Assembly: GCA_045536565.1 (NCBI GenBank)
Contig: JAZSNU010000017.1
Span: forward strand, 34,141-98,140
Origin: Clostridia bacterium
GTDB lineage: Bacteria > Bacillota > Clostridia > TANB77 > CAG-465
Length of the DNA stretch: 64,000 nt
Direction of reading: 5' to 3'
Part shown: positions 1 through 9,819 of the stretch, one piece after another
Layout: the number at the start of each line of letters is the position of its first letter
Numbering within the stretch: position 1 is the first letter of the stretch
The notes under the pieces: model-generated
Databases searched by the model: none
Seen by the model: only the letters and a program-made list of their open reading frames with translations
What the model was told of the DNA's origin: nothing
Position numbers and translations under genes: made by a program

Positions 1-1
1 T

Positions 2-259
2 AAAGCAGCAGGAATCGTTGGAATAATCGTAATGATAGTGGTATCTCTTGTTCCAGTAATCCAGATGCTAGTTATATTTGTAAGCCATAAAATTTTAGCC
101 GCTCTTACTGAAACTATAACAGATAATAAAAATATGATAGGAATAATAGATAGTTTTGCGGAAACATATAAAGTTTTACTTGGTGTTTTAATAGGAATAC
201 TTGCTTTATTTATAATGTCATCTGGTGTCCTTATAAAACTAATGGGAAGTATAACATAA
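2..259 (+). CDS. spoIIIAE: Stage III sporulation protein AE, C-terminal part (open at window start)
   Basis: Hydrophobic reading frame open from base 2, directly upstream of spoIIIAF/AG/AH-like genes. Confidence 0.8.
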   Translation, partial: KAAGIVGIIVMIVVSLVPVIQMLVIFVSHKILAALTETITDNKNMIGIIDSFAETYKVLLGVLIGILALFIMSSGVLIKLMGSIT

Positions 260-277
260 AACAAAGGAGGAATATAT

Positions 278-805
278 ATGATGGCTATTAAGTCGTTTAT
301 AGAATTAGTTATTTATGTTGCAATTGTTGCAATAATTATTGAGTTAATATTGCCAAAAGGCAATACAAAAAAATATGTATATGTAATATTATCACTTTTT
401 ATGCTTCTTAATATCGTATCTCCAATAATAAATATTATAAAAGATACTAATATGCAGGAGGTACTAGGTGATGTTCTTGAAACTATATCAACTAATACTC
501 AAAATGTTAAGAATACAGATATACAAGAATTTTCTGAATATAAAAATGTTAAAGTAACAGAAAGTCTAAAAGATGGTTTGTCAAAAGAAATAAAAAGTTT
601 GCTTATAGATATGTCAGTAGAATTTAAAGGTTTAGATATAGTATTAAATGATAATTACGAGTTTGAAGAATTAAAAGTAAAAATAGGAAATTTAGAACAT
701 ATAAAGGATAAAAAAATAGAAAAAATATCGGATATTATAACTAAAATAAGTGAGAAGTACAACTTGAAAGAAAACACAATAAGAATAATAGAGGAGGGTA
801 AATAA
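278..805 (+). CDS. spoIIIAF: Stage III sporulation protein AF
   Basis: N-terminal 'IIELILPKGNTKKYV...IVSPII' two-TM motif; AGGAGG RBS; operon position. Confidence 0.88.
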   Translation: MMAIKSFIELVIYVAIVAIIIELILPKGNTKKYVYVILSLFMLLNIVSPIINIIKDTNMQEVLGDVLETISTNTQNVKNTDIQEFSEYKNVKVTESLKDGLSKEIKSLLIDMSVEFKGLDIVLNDNYEFEELKVKIGNLEHIKDKKIEKISDIITKISEKYNLKENTIRIIEEGK

Positions 806-1383
806 TGAACTATGTAGATAAACTAATGAAAATGTTTTCAAAAGAAAAGGATAAAAAAACAAAAACACAAAATCTTATTTTTCTTTGTATATTGTTAGTG
901 TTTGCATTAATATGTATAAACAATATATATAACCAAGATTCCGTAGAGACTTTAAACGAAAACAAAGAAAACGCCCAAAGTAGTAATAAAAATGAATCTT
1001 CCTATTATAATAATACTAAGCAGGAATTAGAAAATATATTAGAACAAATTAGTGGGGTTAGTGATGTATCAGTTATGCTTACATATTCAAGCGATGAAAA
1101 AATGATACCGGTATATGATGTTAAGGAGGATATAACTGTTGAAGAAGATGGTAATGGTAATGACACAAAGAAAAGTCAAAAAACAACAACAGAAAAGACA
1201 GTGGCTTATGAAGAGAAAGATGGAGAAAAAGTAGCCATAGTAGAAAGAAAACAAAGTCCAGAAATTATTGGTGCAATTATTGCTGCAAAAGGAATAGATT
1301 CGCATAGTAGCAATAAGATTAAAGAGGCGGTGTCAAATGCATTAAATATACCTATACATAAAGTAGAGGTGTTTTCAAAATAA
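805..1383 (+). CDS. spoIIIAG: Stage III sporulation protein AG
   Basis: 'LENILEQISGVSDVSVMLT' and 'PEIIGAIIAAKG...AVSNALNIPIHKVEV' motifs. Confidence 0.9.
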   Translation: MNYVDKLMKMFSKEKDKKTKTQNLIFLCILLVFALICINNIYNQDSVETLNENKENAQSSNKNESSYYNNTKQELENILEQISGVSDVSVMLTYSSDEKMIPVYDVKEDITVEEDGNGNDTKKSQKTTTEKTVAYEEKDGEKVAIVERKQSPEIIGAIIAAKGIDSHSSNKIKEAVSNALNIPIHKVEVFSK

Positions 1384-1386
1384 GAG

Positions 1387-1992
1387 GTGAAGAGTTTGAA
1401 AATTTTTAAAAAAAGTCAAATAGCAATAATATCATTATCTTTAATGGTTATGATAGCAGGATATGTAAATTACAAATATAATCCGGAAAGAGAAGAAAAT
1501 TTAGGACAGTCGGTATATGTGAACAGCAAAGATGGATTCATGTATAGCACAATAAAAATATATGATGAGGAAGATATCAGTAGAAATGAAAAATCAGAAG
1601 ATGAAACTATTCAAACAAATAATTTATACAAACAAAAAGAGGCAGAAGAAACAATATCACATTTTAGAGCAAATAGAAATAATATGTTTTCTGAACTGCA
1701 AGAAACATATTCAAAAGTTATAGAAGCAAATTCTACTAGCACAGAGCAACTTACAGAATATCAAAATAAACTAAATAAACTTATCGAAGATAAACATACT
1801 ATAACAATAGTAGAAGATTTAATTAAATCAAAAGGAATCGATGATATAGTAATTGTTCCTACAAATGAAAATCTTAATGTTATTGTATCGGATAAAGAGG
1901 AAATAACAAGTGATATAATTGCTATGATTCAAAAAACAATACAAGATGAATTAGATTTTCCAGCAAGCAAAATAACCATAAATGTGCCATAA
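1387..1992 (+). CDS. spoIIIAH: SpoIIIAH-like protein (start may be TTG 1396)
   Basis: 'QIAIISLSLMVMIAGYVNY' N-terminus and 'EDLIKSKGIDD' motif; last gene of the operon. Confidence 0.88.
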   Translation: MKSLKIFKKSQIAIISLSLMVMIAGYVNYKYNPEREENLGQSVYVNSKDGFMYSTIKIYDEEDISRNEKSEDETIQTNNLYKQKEAEETISHFRANRNNMFSELQETYSKVIEANSTSTEQLTEYQNKLNKLIEDKHTITIVEDLIKSKGIDDIVIVPTNENLNVIVSDKEEITSDIIAMIQKTIQDELDFPASKITINVP

Positions 1993-2000
1993 TTTCATAT

Positions 2001-2029
2001 TTGCATTTTACATAAAACTATGATATAAT
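2001..2029 (+). promoter_or_regulatory. SigA-type promoter for the orphan pair
   Basis: TTGCAT-17 nt-TATAAT with extended TG. Confidence 0.7.
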
Positions 2030-2082
2030 GCTTCCATAGTTTAAATAAAAACTAAATATTAATATATTTGGAGGTATGTAAA

Positions 2083-2361
2083 ATGGTTAGTAAAGCAATG
2101 GAATTTTACAATGAAGGTAAAAGAAATCAAAACGGTAGACAAAATGCGCAGTTGGGTGATATCTTAGCTTATATTAAAGAACAAATGGAAAAATGTAATG
2201 AAATTGAAGTCTTTTACGAGAATATTATTTATGATGCCGTAAGAGAAAGGCTTGAAGAGGAAGGCTTTTCCATACAAACTGTTTCACATAACGGGAACCC
2301 GACATATTTGATTAAAGTAAAAGATACACATAAAGCAGAACCATTTCCAGATGAAGAGTAA
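2083..2361 (+). CDS. Hypothetical protein, paralogue of next gene
   Basis: GGAGG RBS before ATG 2083; shares 'IIYD.VR..LE.EGFS..TV......YLI' with 2397..2714. Confidence 0.75.
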   Translation: MVSKAMEFYNEGKRNQNGRQNAQLGDILAYIKEQMEKCNEIEVFYENIIYDAVRERLEEEGFSIQTVSHNGNPTYLIKVKDTHKAEPFPDEE

Positions 2362-2396
2362 AATGAAACTAAGTATAAATATACGGAGGTGACAAA

Positions 2397-2714
2397 ATGC
2401 AAGGTAATCAAATTCCAGAAGAAGTATCCTTAGCAAAGGAGGTATTAAAGGAGTTAGAAGAAATGGAACAGGAAAACAGAAATACTCAACATGTTAAAAT
2501 CATAAAATCTTTCGGGGAATATTTTAAAAATAATGGATCATCATTAATGTATTATCATGATATTATTTATGATGAGGTAAGACAAAAATTAGAAACAGAA
2601 GGGTTTAGTGTAAAGACAGTAACATATGATAAATATGGAAGAACAGCATATTTAATAACCAAAAAAGAAGACAGTCATATTTTAGACTCGGAGCTGGGAA
2701 GTAGTATAGTGTAA
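2397..2714 (+). CDS. Hypothetical protein, paralogue of previous gene
   Basis: GGAGGTG RBS; shared motif with 2083..2361. Confidence 0.75.
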   Translation: MQGNQIPEEVSLAKEVLKELEEMEQENRNTQHVKIIKSFGEYFKNNGSSLMYYHDIIYDEVRQKLETEGFSVKTVTYDKYGRTAYLITKKEDSHILDSELGSSIV

Positions 2715-2723
2715 ATACAGATC

Positions 2724-2759
2724 AAAATACAGATTTATTAATGTAAATCTGTATTTTTT
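2724..2759 (+). terminator. Intrinsic terminator
   Basis: AAAATACAGATTTA/TAAATCTGTATTTT inverted repeat plus T tract. Confidence 0.75.
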
Positions 2760-2907
2760 CTTTTATACAAAAACCTTAAAATAAATTATTAATAAAACTT
2801 GACAATGCTCTTTAAGTAATATATAATATATAAGCGAGTTTAAAGTAAATGAAATATGCTTTGCATATATGTATATATTAAATGTATTTACTTAAGGAGG
2901 GAATAAA

Positions 2908-3099
2908 ATGGCACAACCAAAAAGAAGATGGTCAAAAGCAAGAACTGGATTAAGACGTTCTACTTGGAAATTAGAAAATAAAACATATGCTACATGTTCT
3001 AACTGTGGAGAAACAATACTTCCACATAAAGCATGCCCAAGTTGCGGACAATACAATAAAAGACAAGTAGTAGAAATTAAAGAAAAAGAAGAAAAATAA
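2908..3099 (+). CDS. rpmF: 50S ribosomal protein L32 (Zn-binding form)
   Basis: MAQPKRRWSKART...CSNCG...PHKACPSCG. Confidence 0.97.
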   Translation: MAQPKRRWSKARTGLRRSTWKLENKTYATCSNCGETILPHKACPSCGQYNKRQVVEIKEKEEK

Positions 3100-3104
3100 A
3101 AATT

Positions 3105-3131
3105 CCCTCACTTATATAAGTGGGGCTTTTT
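3105..3131 (+). terminator. Intrinsic terminator after rpmF
   Basis: CCTCACTTA/TAAGTGGGG hairpin plus T run. Confidence 0.65.
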
Positions 3132-3151
3132 ATTTTTTTTAGGAGAATCAA

Positions 3152-3862
3152 ATGAATACATATAAAGATATAAAAATAATATATGAAGACAATCACCTTT
3201 TAGTAGTGGTAAAACCAGCAGGTATACCATCACAGGCAGATAAAACTGGTGATGTAGATATGCTAACTTTACTTAAAGAATATATTAAAGAAAAATATAA
3301 TAAACCAGGAGATGTATATTTAGGTTTAGTGCATAGATTAGATAGAATGACATCTGGTATTATGGTGTTTGCAAGAACATCAAAAGCGGCATCTAGACTG
3401 TCTAAAAATATACGTGAGGGTGACTTTAAGAAAAGGTATATTGCAGCAGTAAATGGTTATATGAATAAGGACGATAAAAATACATTACTTGAAAATTATT
3501 TAAGTAAAAACGAGAAAACAAATACAAGTAGGGTATGTAAAAAAGAAGATAAAAATTCAAAACATGCAAGCTTAAATTATACAGTTATAGATAATTTTAT
3601 ATATAACAACAAAGAATATTCATATATAGAGGTTAAATTAAATACAGGTAGACATCATCAAATAAGGGTTCAGATGTCAAATATAGGTCATCCTTTATAT
3701 GGTGATTTAAAATATGGCGAAAGAGAAAATAAAAAAGGTGAAAATCTAGCACTTTTTGCATATAGTTTGACATTTTTTCACCCAACAAAAGATGAAGTAA
3801 TGGAATTTAAAGTATTTCCAGAAAAAGATGGAATATGGAGTGAATTAAAAACATGGGAATAA
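3152..3862 (+). CDS. RluA/RluD-family pseudouridine synthase
   Basis: HRLDRMTSG, TGRHHQIR and GHPLYGD motifs. Confidence 0.93.
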   Translation: MNTYKDIKIIYEDNHLLVVVKPAGIPSQADKTGDVDMLTLLKEYIKEKYNKPGDVYLGLVHRLDRMTSGIMVFARTSKAASRLSKNIREGDFKKRYIAAVNGYMNKDDKNTLLENYLSKNEKTNTSRVCKKEDKNSKHASLNYTVIDNFIYNNKEYSYIEVKLNTGRHHQIRVQMSNIGHPLYGDLKYGERENKKGENLALFAYSLTFFHPTKDEVMEFKVFPEKDGIWSELKTWE

Positions 3863-4965
3863 TAGATGTTACAGAGTATAAATCTAAATTAAACGAATAT
3901 ACAAAAGATATTGAGGAATTAAAAAACACATTAAAGATAGATGAAAAAAACATTGAATTAAAAAAACTAGAAGAAGAAACATTAAAACCTGATTTTTGGA
4001 ATGATGAAAAGAATAGTTCAAGAGTTTTAGCAAAAGTAAAAGAGAATAAAAACATAATATCTAAATATAATGAAATAGTATCTTTTTATGAAGATGTGAG
4101 TTCTTTAATTATATTACTTGAAGAAGAAATGGATGAGGAACTGTCATCAGAACTTTTAAATAACATATCAAATTTAGAAAATAGTATTGATAATTTAAAA
4201 GTAGAATCTTTGCTTTCTAATGAATATGATTCAAATACTGCAATTGTGACAATACATCCAGGCGCAGGAGGAACTGAATCACAAGACTGGGCTTTAATGC
4301 TATATAGAATGTATACTAGATGGGCTGAAAGAACAGATCATACTGTTGAAGTATACGATATGCAAGATGGAGATGAGGCAGGACTTAAAAGTGTTACATT
4401 TGCAGTAAAAGGATTATATCCATATGGTTACTTAAAAGGTGAAAAAGGAGTGCATAGATTAGTTAGAATATCACCTTTTGATAGTAATTCAAGACGTCAT
4501 ACTTCATTTGCGGCAGTAGAAGTTATGCCTGAAATAGATGATGATATAAACTTAGAAATAAGAGAAGAAGATTTAGAAGTAGGAACATATAGAGCAAGTG
4601 GTGCAGGCGGTCAGCATGTAAATAAAACATCGTCAGCAGTAAGAATTAAACATATACCTACTGGTGTTGTTGTAGCTTGTCAAACCGAAAGATCACAATT
4701 TCAAAATAAAGATAATGCTATGAAAATGCTTAAAGCAAAACTTTATCAATTAGAGCTTCAAAAAAATAAAGATAAGTTAAGCGAAATAAAAGGAGATTTG
4801 ACTGACAATAGCTGGGGAAACCAAATAAGGTCATATGTATTTTGTCCATATACTTTGGTTAAAGACCATAGAACAAATCATGAAATAGGAAATGTTCAAA
4901 AGGTTATGGATGGATATATAGATGAATTTATAACTGAATATTTAAAGAATATTACTAAAAATTAA
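3853..4965 (+). CDS. prfB: Peptide chain release factor 2 (single uninterrupted ORF)
   Basis: SPF recognition tripeptide and GGQ motif; 370 aa. Confidence 0.97.
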   Translation: MGIIDVTEYKSKLNEYTKDIEELKNTLKIDEKNIELKKLEEETLKPDFWNDEKNSSRVLAKVKENKNIISKYNEIVSFYEDVSSLIILLEEEMDEELSSELLNNISNLENSIDNLKVESLLSNEYDSNTAIVTIHPGAGGTESQDWALMLYRMYTRWAERTDHTVEVYDMQDGDEAGLKSVTFAVKGLYPYGYLKGEKGVHRLVRISPFDSNSRRHTSFAAVEVMPEIDDDINLEIREEDLEVGTYRASGAGGQHVNKTSSAVRIKHIPTGVVVACQTERSQFQNKDNAMKMLKAKLYQLELQKNKDKLSEIKGDLTDNSWGNQIRSYVFCPYTLVKDHRTNHEIGNVQKVMDGYIDEFITEYLKNITKN

Positions 4966-5147
4966 TTTGACACATATATTTATATAATGTATAATATTTA
5001 TTGTAGTTAAAATGTATAAACATTTTAATTTTGTACGGCTATATAACTTATATTTTTAAATAAAATTTAAGTGTTTTTAAAATATATAGAAATATATAAT
5101 TGTTCGGATTTTACTTAGGATAAAAATATGAAGGGGGATAATAATTT

Positions 5148-7175
5148 ATGGAAAAAAATAATAAAAATATGAGCGCTATCTATGATGATAGTGTATCTAG
5201 TGGCGCTCTTCTTAAAGATATTAAGAAAAAATTAAACAAAAAAACAAATGTTGAAATTGACACATTTAGTGTTGAACAGAAGGCAGATAAAGTTATAAAA
5301 AGTCTTGATAATGGTAGAAAAAGTCAAGAAGAAAAAACAGAAAAGAAAACAAATAGAGTAAACAAAACAGTAAAATCTAATGAGCAAAAGAAAATAAATA
5401 ACAAAAGTAGAAATGTAGGTAAAGAAGTAAAAAATATAGCCGGAAATAATAAAGCTACATTAAAACCAAAAAGTGTAAGAAAAAATAGTATATTTGAAAA
5501 CGAAAAATTAAAAATAATACCACTTGGAGGACTTCAAGAAATTGGAAAGAATTTAACAGTATTTGAATATGCAAATGAAATAGTTATAGTTGACTGTGGA
5601 GTTATGTTCCCAGACGATGAAATGCTAGGTGTTGACTTAGTTATACCTGATATAACATACTTAGAAAAAAATGCAGATAAAATTAAGGGTATAGTTATAA
5701 CACACGGACATGAAGACCATATAGGAGCAATACCATATTTCTTAAAGAAAATAAATGTTCCAATATATGCTACAAAACTTACTATGGGACTTATAGAATC
5801 AAAACTTGAAGAGCATAATTTACTAAGAAGTTCAGAACTTCACATTGCAAAAGCTAAGGATGTTATAAAACTTGGCAAATATTTTAATGTTGAGTTAATT
5901 AAAACAACACACTCAATAGCAGATTCAGTTGCACTTGCTCTTCATACACCAGTAGGAACAGTAGTACATACAGGTGACTTTAAAATTGACTATACACCAA
6001 TAGATGGTGAAGTAATGGATTTTGCAAGATTTGCAGAACTTGGTAAAGAAGGGGTACTTCTTCTTATGTCAGATTCTACAAATGTTGAAAGACCAGGTTA
6101 TACAATGTCTGAAAGAAGTGTTGGATTAGAGTTTGATAAAATATTTATGAATTCAAATAAGAGAATAATAGTTGCAACATTTGCATCTAATATTCATAGA
6201 ATGCAACAAATCATAAATTCAGCAGTTAAATTTGGTAGAAAAGTAGCAGCAATTGGTAGAAGTGTTCTTAAAGTAATAGATGTAGCAAAAGAACTTGGAT
6301 ATATTACAGCACCAGAAGGCTCTATAATAGATATAGATAAAATAGGATTATACAATCCAGAACAACTTGTAATTATAACAACTGGTTCACAAGGTGAAAG
6401 TATGTCAGCACTTGCTAGAATGTCTACTGGTGAACATAGAAAAGTTACAATTACACCAGAAGATTTAGTAATATTCTCATCTTCACCAATACCAGGTAAT
6501 GAAAAATCAGTTGGTAAGTTAATAGATGAACTTCAAAAACTTGGAGCAGAAGTAATATACAATCAGCTTGCGGATGTCCATGTATCAGGACACGCGTGTG
6601 AAGAAGAGTTAAAAATGATGCTTACACTTACTAAACCAAAATTCTTTATGCCAGTACATGGTGAATACAGATTTTTAAGACGCCACTGTCAAATAGCACA
6701 GCTTGTTGGTATGGAAGATAAAAATGTATTTATTATGGCAAATGGAAAAACTCTCGAAGTAGATCAAGATTCAGCAAGAATAGGTGCACAAGTACAATCT
6801 GGAATAGTTCTAGTTGATGGTTTAGGAGTAGGAGATGTAGGAAATATAGTAATAAGAGATAGACAAATGCTTTCTGAAAACGGTATGATTTTAGTAGTAT
6901 TTTCTCTTGATTCTAAAACTGCAAAACTAATAGGCGGACCTGATATTATAACAAGAGGATTCGTATATGTTAGAGAATCAGAAGATCTAATGGAAGAAAT
7001 AAGAGAATTTTCTAAGAATCAAATATTAAAACTAGAAGAAGAGGGAGTAAAAGAATGGGCTACTATAAAAGCAAAAGTTAGAGATAGCCTATGTGATTTT
7101 GTATACAAGAAAACAAGAAGAAATCCTATGATACTTCCAATTATTACTGAAATAGATATAAAAGATTTTGAATAA
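5148..7175 (+). CDS. rnj: Ribonuclease J with long N-terminal extension
   Basis: PLGGLQEIGKN, THGHEDHIG, HVSGH and C-terminal RNPMILP motifs. Confidence 0.96.
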   Translation: MEKNNKNMSAIYDDSVSSGALLKDIKKKLNKKTNVEIDTFSVEQKADKVIKSLDNGRKSQEEKTEKKTNRVNKTVKSNEQKKINNKSRNVGKEVKNIAGNNKATLKPKSVRKNSIFENEKLKIIPLGGLQEIGKNLTVFEYANEIVIVDCGVMFPDDEMLGVDLVIPDITYLEKNADKIKGIVITHGHEDHIGAIPYFLKKINVPIYATKLTMGLIESKLEEHNLLRSSELHIAKAKDVIKLGKYFNVELIKTTHSIADSVALALHTPVGTVVHTGDFKIDYTPIDGEVMDFARFAELGKEGVLLLMSDSTNVERPGYTMSERSVGLEFDKIFMNSNKRIIVATFASNIHRMQQIINSAVKFGRKVAAIGRSVLKVIDVAKELGYITAPEGSIIDIDKIGLYNPEQLVIITTGSQGESMSALARMSTGEHRKVTITPEDLVIFSSSPIPGNEKSVGKLIDELQKLGAEVIYNQLADVHVSGHACEEELKMMLTLTKPKFFMPVHGEYRFLRRHCQIAQLVGMEDKNVFIMANGKTLEVDQDSARIGAQVQSGIVLVDGLGVGDVGNIVIRDRQMLSENGMILVVFSLDSKTAKLIGGPDIITRGFVYVRESEDLMEEIREFSKNQILKLEEEGVKEWATIKAKVRDSLCDFVYKKTRRNPMILPIITEIDIKDFE

Positions 7176-7186
7176 TAAATAAAAAG

Positions 7187-7218
7187 TAAACCGCATAGTT
7201 AATAATCTATGCGGTTTA
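7187..7218. terminator. Bidirectional terminator
   Basis: TAAACCGCATAG/CTATGCGGTTTA between convergent genes. Confidence 0.8.
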
Positions 7219-7224
7219 ATAATA

Positions 7225-7923
7225 CTATTTATCAGAAACAGTATCAAGTTTAAATTCTTTTTTTAGCAGATAGATAAGATATCTAAGTCTAGATGCATAA
7301 TAACTAGAATAAGATTCATCTTCTGCACACTTTTTGCATTCATCTTTCACACATTCGGAAATTTGTTCCAAGATTAATTCAAGACAATGTGAAAGATAAG
7401 TTCTAGTACAATCATAGAGCGGTGTATCTAACAAATCTTCATTTAATTCCTTAAAATCTGATATAAAATCATCAATTCTAGGATACTTAAAGACTTCTGC
7501 TTTATATGCATTATACATGTCGTTATATTGTTTTGGGATTTTTAACAATGTTTCTCTATATTCTTTGTATCTTACACATAATTCATCTCTAACAAGAATA
7601 ACAAACATATTTTCATAAAAAGATAATTTTTCTTCATGGAAAAATTCAATAATATCTCTTTTAAAATTTTTATCTAAGAATAGAATAATTTTTTCCACGA
7701 CTGTATAAACTTTAACCGTCTTTTCATCTTCGGATTCGTTACTAAGCAGAGTATCATATAATGTTCTGTTAAGTTCACGAAATAGTTTTCTTATAGGAGC
7801 CTCAAATTTTTGTTTTTCGTCTTTCGTTAATGCAAAGTACGATGGATGTAGTTTTGATAGAGCAGGAATGTTTTCAATTGTTTCTTTTAATACTTCTAAT
7901 TTTTCACCTTTTTGGTATAACAT
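7225..7923 (-). CDS. Hypothetical helical protein, paralogue of upstream gene
   Basis: AGGAGG RBS; end-to-end similarity to 7938..8645. Confidence 0.75.
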   Translation of the reverse strand: MLYQKGEKLEVLKETIENIPALSKLHPSYFALTKDEKQKFEAPIRKLFRELNRTLYDTLLSNESEDEKTVKVYTVVEKIILFLDKNFKRDIIEFFHEEKLSFYENMFVILVRDELCVRYKEYRETLLKIPKQYNDMYNAYKAEVFKYPRIDDFISDFKELNEDLLDTPLYDCTRTYLSHCLELILEQISECVKDECKKCAEDESYSSYYASRLRYLIYLLKKEFKLDTVSDK

Positions 7924-7937
7924 GATAAGTCTCCTCC

Positions 7938-8645
7938 TTATAGTTTTTCTTTTTTAATATTAATTCTTAGTTCGTGCTTTAATACATAGAGTAACTTTCT
8001 TATTCTTCTATATCTTGTTGTATTACTTTCTTCTTTGAAAAATTCTTTTGAAAGCATATTTTGTATTTCTTCAATCAGAAGTTCGTTGCAGTGATAGATA
8101 TAATCAAGCGATTTAGATGTGAAATAAAAATGAGTGTTTTGGTTGCTTAATCCGTCCTGCATGTGGTTGTACAATGTTGTTAATGAAGTATACTTGGAAA
8201 AATCAAATGAATCAATAACAGTTTTTCGAAGTTCTACATACTCATGTGTAATAGAATTTAAAATATCAGTGTAGCTTGGATAGCCTTTGATTAAGTTGTT
8301 TTGAATAAATTCAAAATATATACCGTTGTAGAGGTTTAATTTTTCTTCGTAAAAGTCTCTTTTTAAATCTTCTACTACATTTTGCTTTAAAAAATCAATT
8401 ACTTTTTGACAGGCATCTGAAACTTTGTTTGTTTTAATTTCAAGACAGTCTTCGCCAATAACTGTTCTTAAAAGTACATCATGTAATTGGGTTACAGGTT
8501 GTTTTATTTTTTCTGCAAATTTATCGTAATGTTCTTTTGACATGAATAGCTTTGACTTCGCAGGCTCGTTTTCAAAAATGAATTTTATATCATTTTTTAA
8601 CCCTTCTAATCTTTCGCCTTGTTTATAATATTTTTTCTCTGACAT
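7938..8645 (-). CDS. Hypothetical helical protein
   Basis: AAGGAG RBS before ATG 8645; 'G E.LE.LK', 'F.EEKL..Y' and 'R.R.L.Y.LK.E' shared with 7225..7923. Confidence 0.75.
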   Translation of the reverse strand: MSEKKYYKQGERLEGLKNDIKFIFENEPAKSKLFMSKEHYDKFAEKIKQPVTQLHDVLLRTVIGEDCLEIKTNKVSDACQKVIDFLKQNVVEDLKRDFYEEKLNLYNGIYFEFIQNNLIKGYPSYTDILNSITHEYVELRKTVIDSFDFSKYTSLTTLYNHMQDGLSNQNTHFYFTSKSLDYIYHCNELLIEEIQNMLSKEFFKEESNTTRYRRIRKLLYVLKHELRINIKKEKL

Positions 8646-8833
8646 ATTAATATCTCCTTTCAAATTATTGTTTGGTTGAATAGTAATATGCAAATACTAT
8701 ATCATAATAATTGTAAAAAGCAATAGGTTACATAAAATGTGTGATTTTGGTTGAATTTGTGAAATCGTTGTGTTATAATATTTGTGTAAATTGATGTACT
8801 AACTAAAATATAATTATTTAGGAGGATTAAATT

Positions 8834-9343
8834 ATGCAAAAAACCACCAGTATTATTTTATTTGTTTTTATGATTTTAATTGTAGTAATTATGCTCTTTA
8901 TACCTGTTTCAAATATGGAGGATTGGACAGATAGCTATAATCTTTATAAAGAGGTAAAAGATTACAAGAAAATTTCAGAATTAGAAGAATACTTAAACAC
9001 AAACAATATCAAATATAAAAAGAATGAAGACAATATTTTACTCTATTTAAAAGATGGTAATAACTATGCTGATCAAGTATTTATTACAATTGAAACAGAG
9101 TGTAAAGTAAAGCCAGGCACATATGATATAAACTTTGAAAAATTAGATGAAGTATATCAAAAAAGTGGTAAAGAACATATCACTCTTATAAATGACGGAA
9201 TCAAGTATACCTATTTGGAAGGAAAATATTATATAACCTGGATTAACTCTCTTTGGCTAAAAAGGATAGGCATAGTTTCAGGAATAGTCCTTGCTATTTT
9301 CTGGCTATATTTAGGTTTTAAACCAAAAAAGAAAGAAGTTTAA
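8834..9343 (+). CDS. Hypothetical membrane protein (N- and C-terminal TM)
   Basis: AGGAGG RBS; two hydrophobic segments. Confidence 0.7.
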   Translation: MQKTTSIILFVFMILIVVIMLFIPVSNMEDWTDSYNLYKEVKDYKKISELEEYLNTNNIKYKKNEDNILLYLKDGNNYADQVFITIETECKVKPGTYDINFEKLDEVYQKSGKEHITLINDGIKYTYLEGKYYITWINSLWLKRIGIVSGIVLAIFWLYLGFKPKKKEV

Positions 9344-9415
9344 TTTTGTATATATCTCAAATAGTAGACAATTGTTTATTTTTGGGATATATTTTTTATA
9401 ATTTTATTTAAAATA

Positions 9416-9458
9416 TTGCAAATATATCATAATTATAGTATAATTTGCATATGCGAAA
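9416..9458 (+). promoter_or_regulatory. Promoter and putative operator of the type II TA operon
   Basis: TTGCAA-17-TATAAT followed by near-palindrome TTTGCATATGCGAA. Confidence 0.6.
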
Positions 9459-9471
9459 AGGAGGTATGATT

Positions 9472-9819
9472 ATGGCAATAATAAGACCATGTGCAGATTT
9501 AAGAAATAACTATAACGAGATTTCAAAAATTTGTCACGAAACAAATGAACCAGTATTTATTACAAAAAATGGATATAACGATTTAGTTATATTAAGTAAT
9601 GAGGCGTATGAAAGTATGGAAGAAACGGCAGAAGAAAGAGTAGATAGACTAATATCAGAAAAGTTTGATAAACATTATGCTAGTTTTGAAGAATTTAAGG
9701 CTGATATTATAAGAAACATTGAAATTGCTAGAAAAGAAATTGCTGACGGGAAAGGTGTTCCTATGGAAATTGCAATTGCTGAATTGGAGGCTGAATATGG
9801 AACTAATGAAGCGATATAA
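9472..9819 (+). CDS. Phd/YefM-family antitoxin
   Basis: 'IRPCADLRNNYNEIS...EPVFITKNG' motif; overlaps toxin gene. Confidence 0.9.
   Translation: MAIIRPCADLRNNYNEISKICHETNEPVFITKNGYNDLVILSNEAYESMEETAEERVDRLISEKFDKHYASFEEFKADIIRNIEIARKEIADGKGVPMEIAIAELEAEYGTNEAI

Noticed and set aside
2713-2733. AAATACAGAT direct repeat as a target-site duplication
   Set aside because: Adjacent short AT-rich copies forming part of a terminator arm; no matching copy at the other end of the cassette
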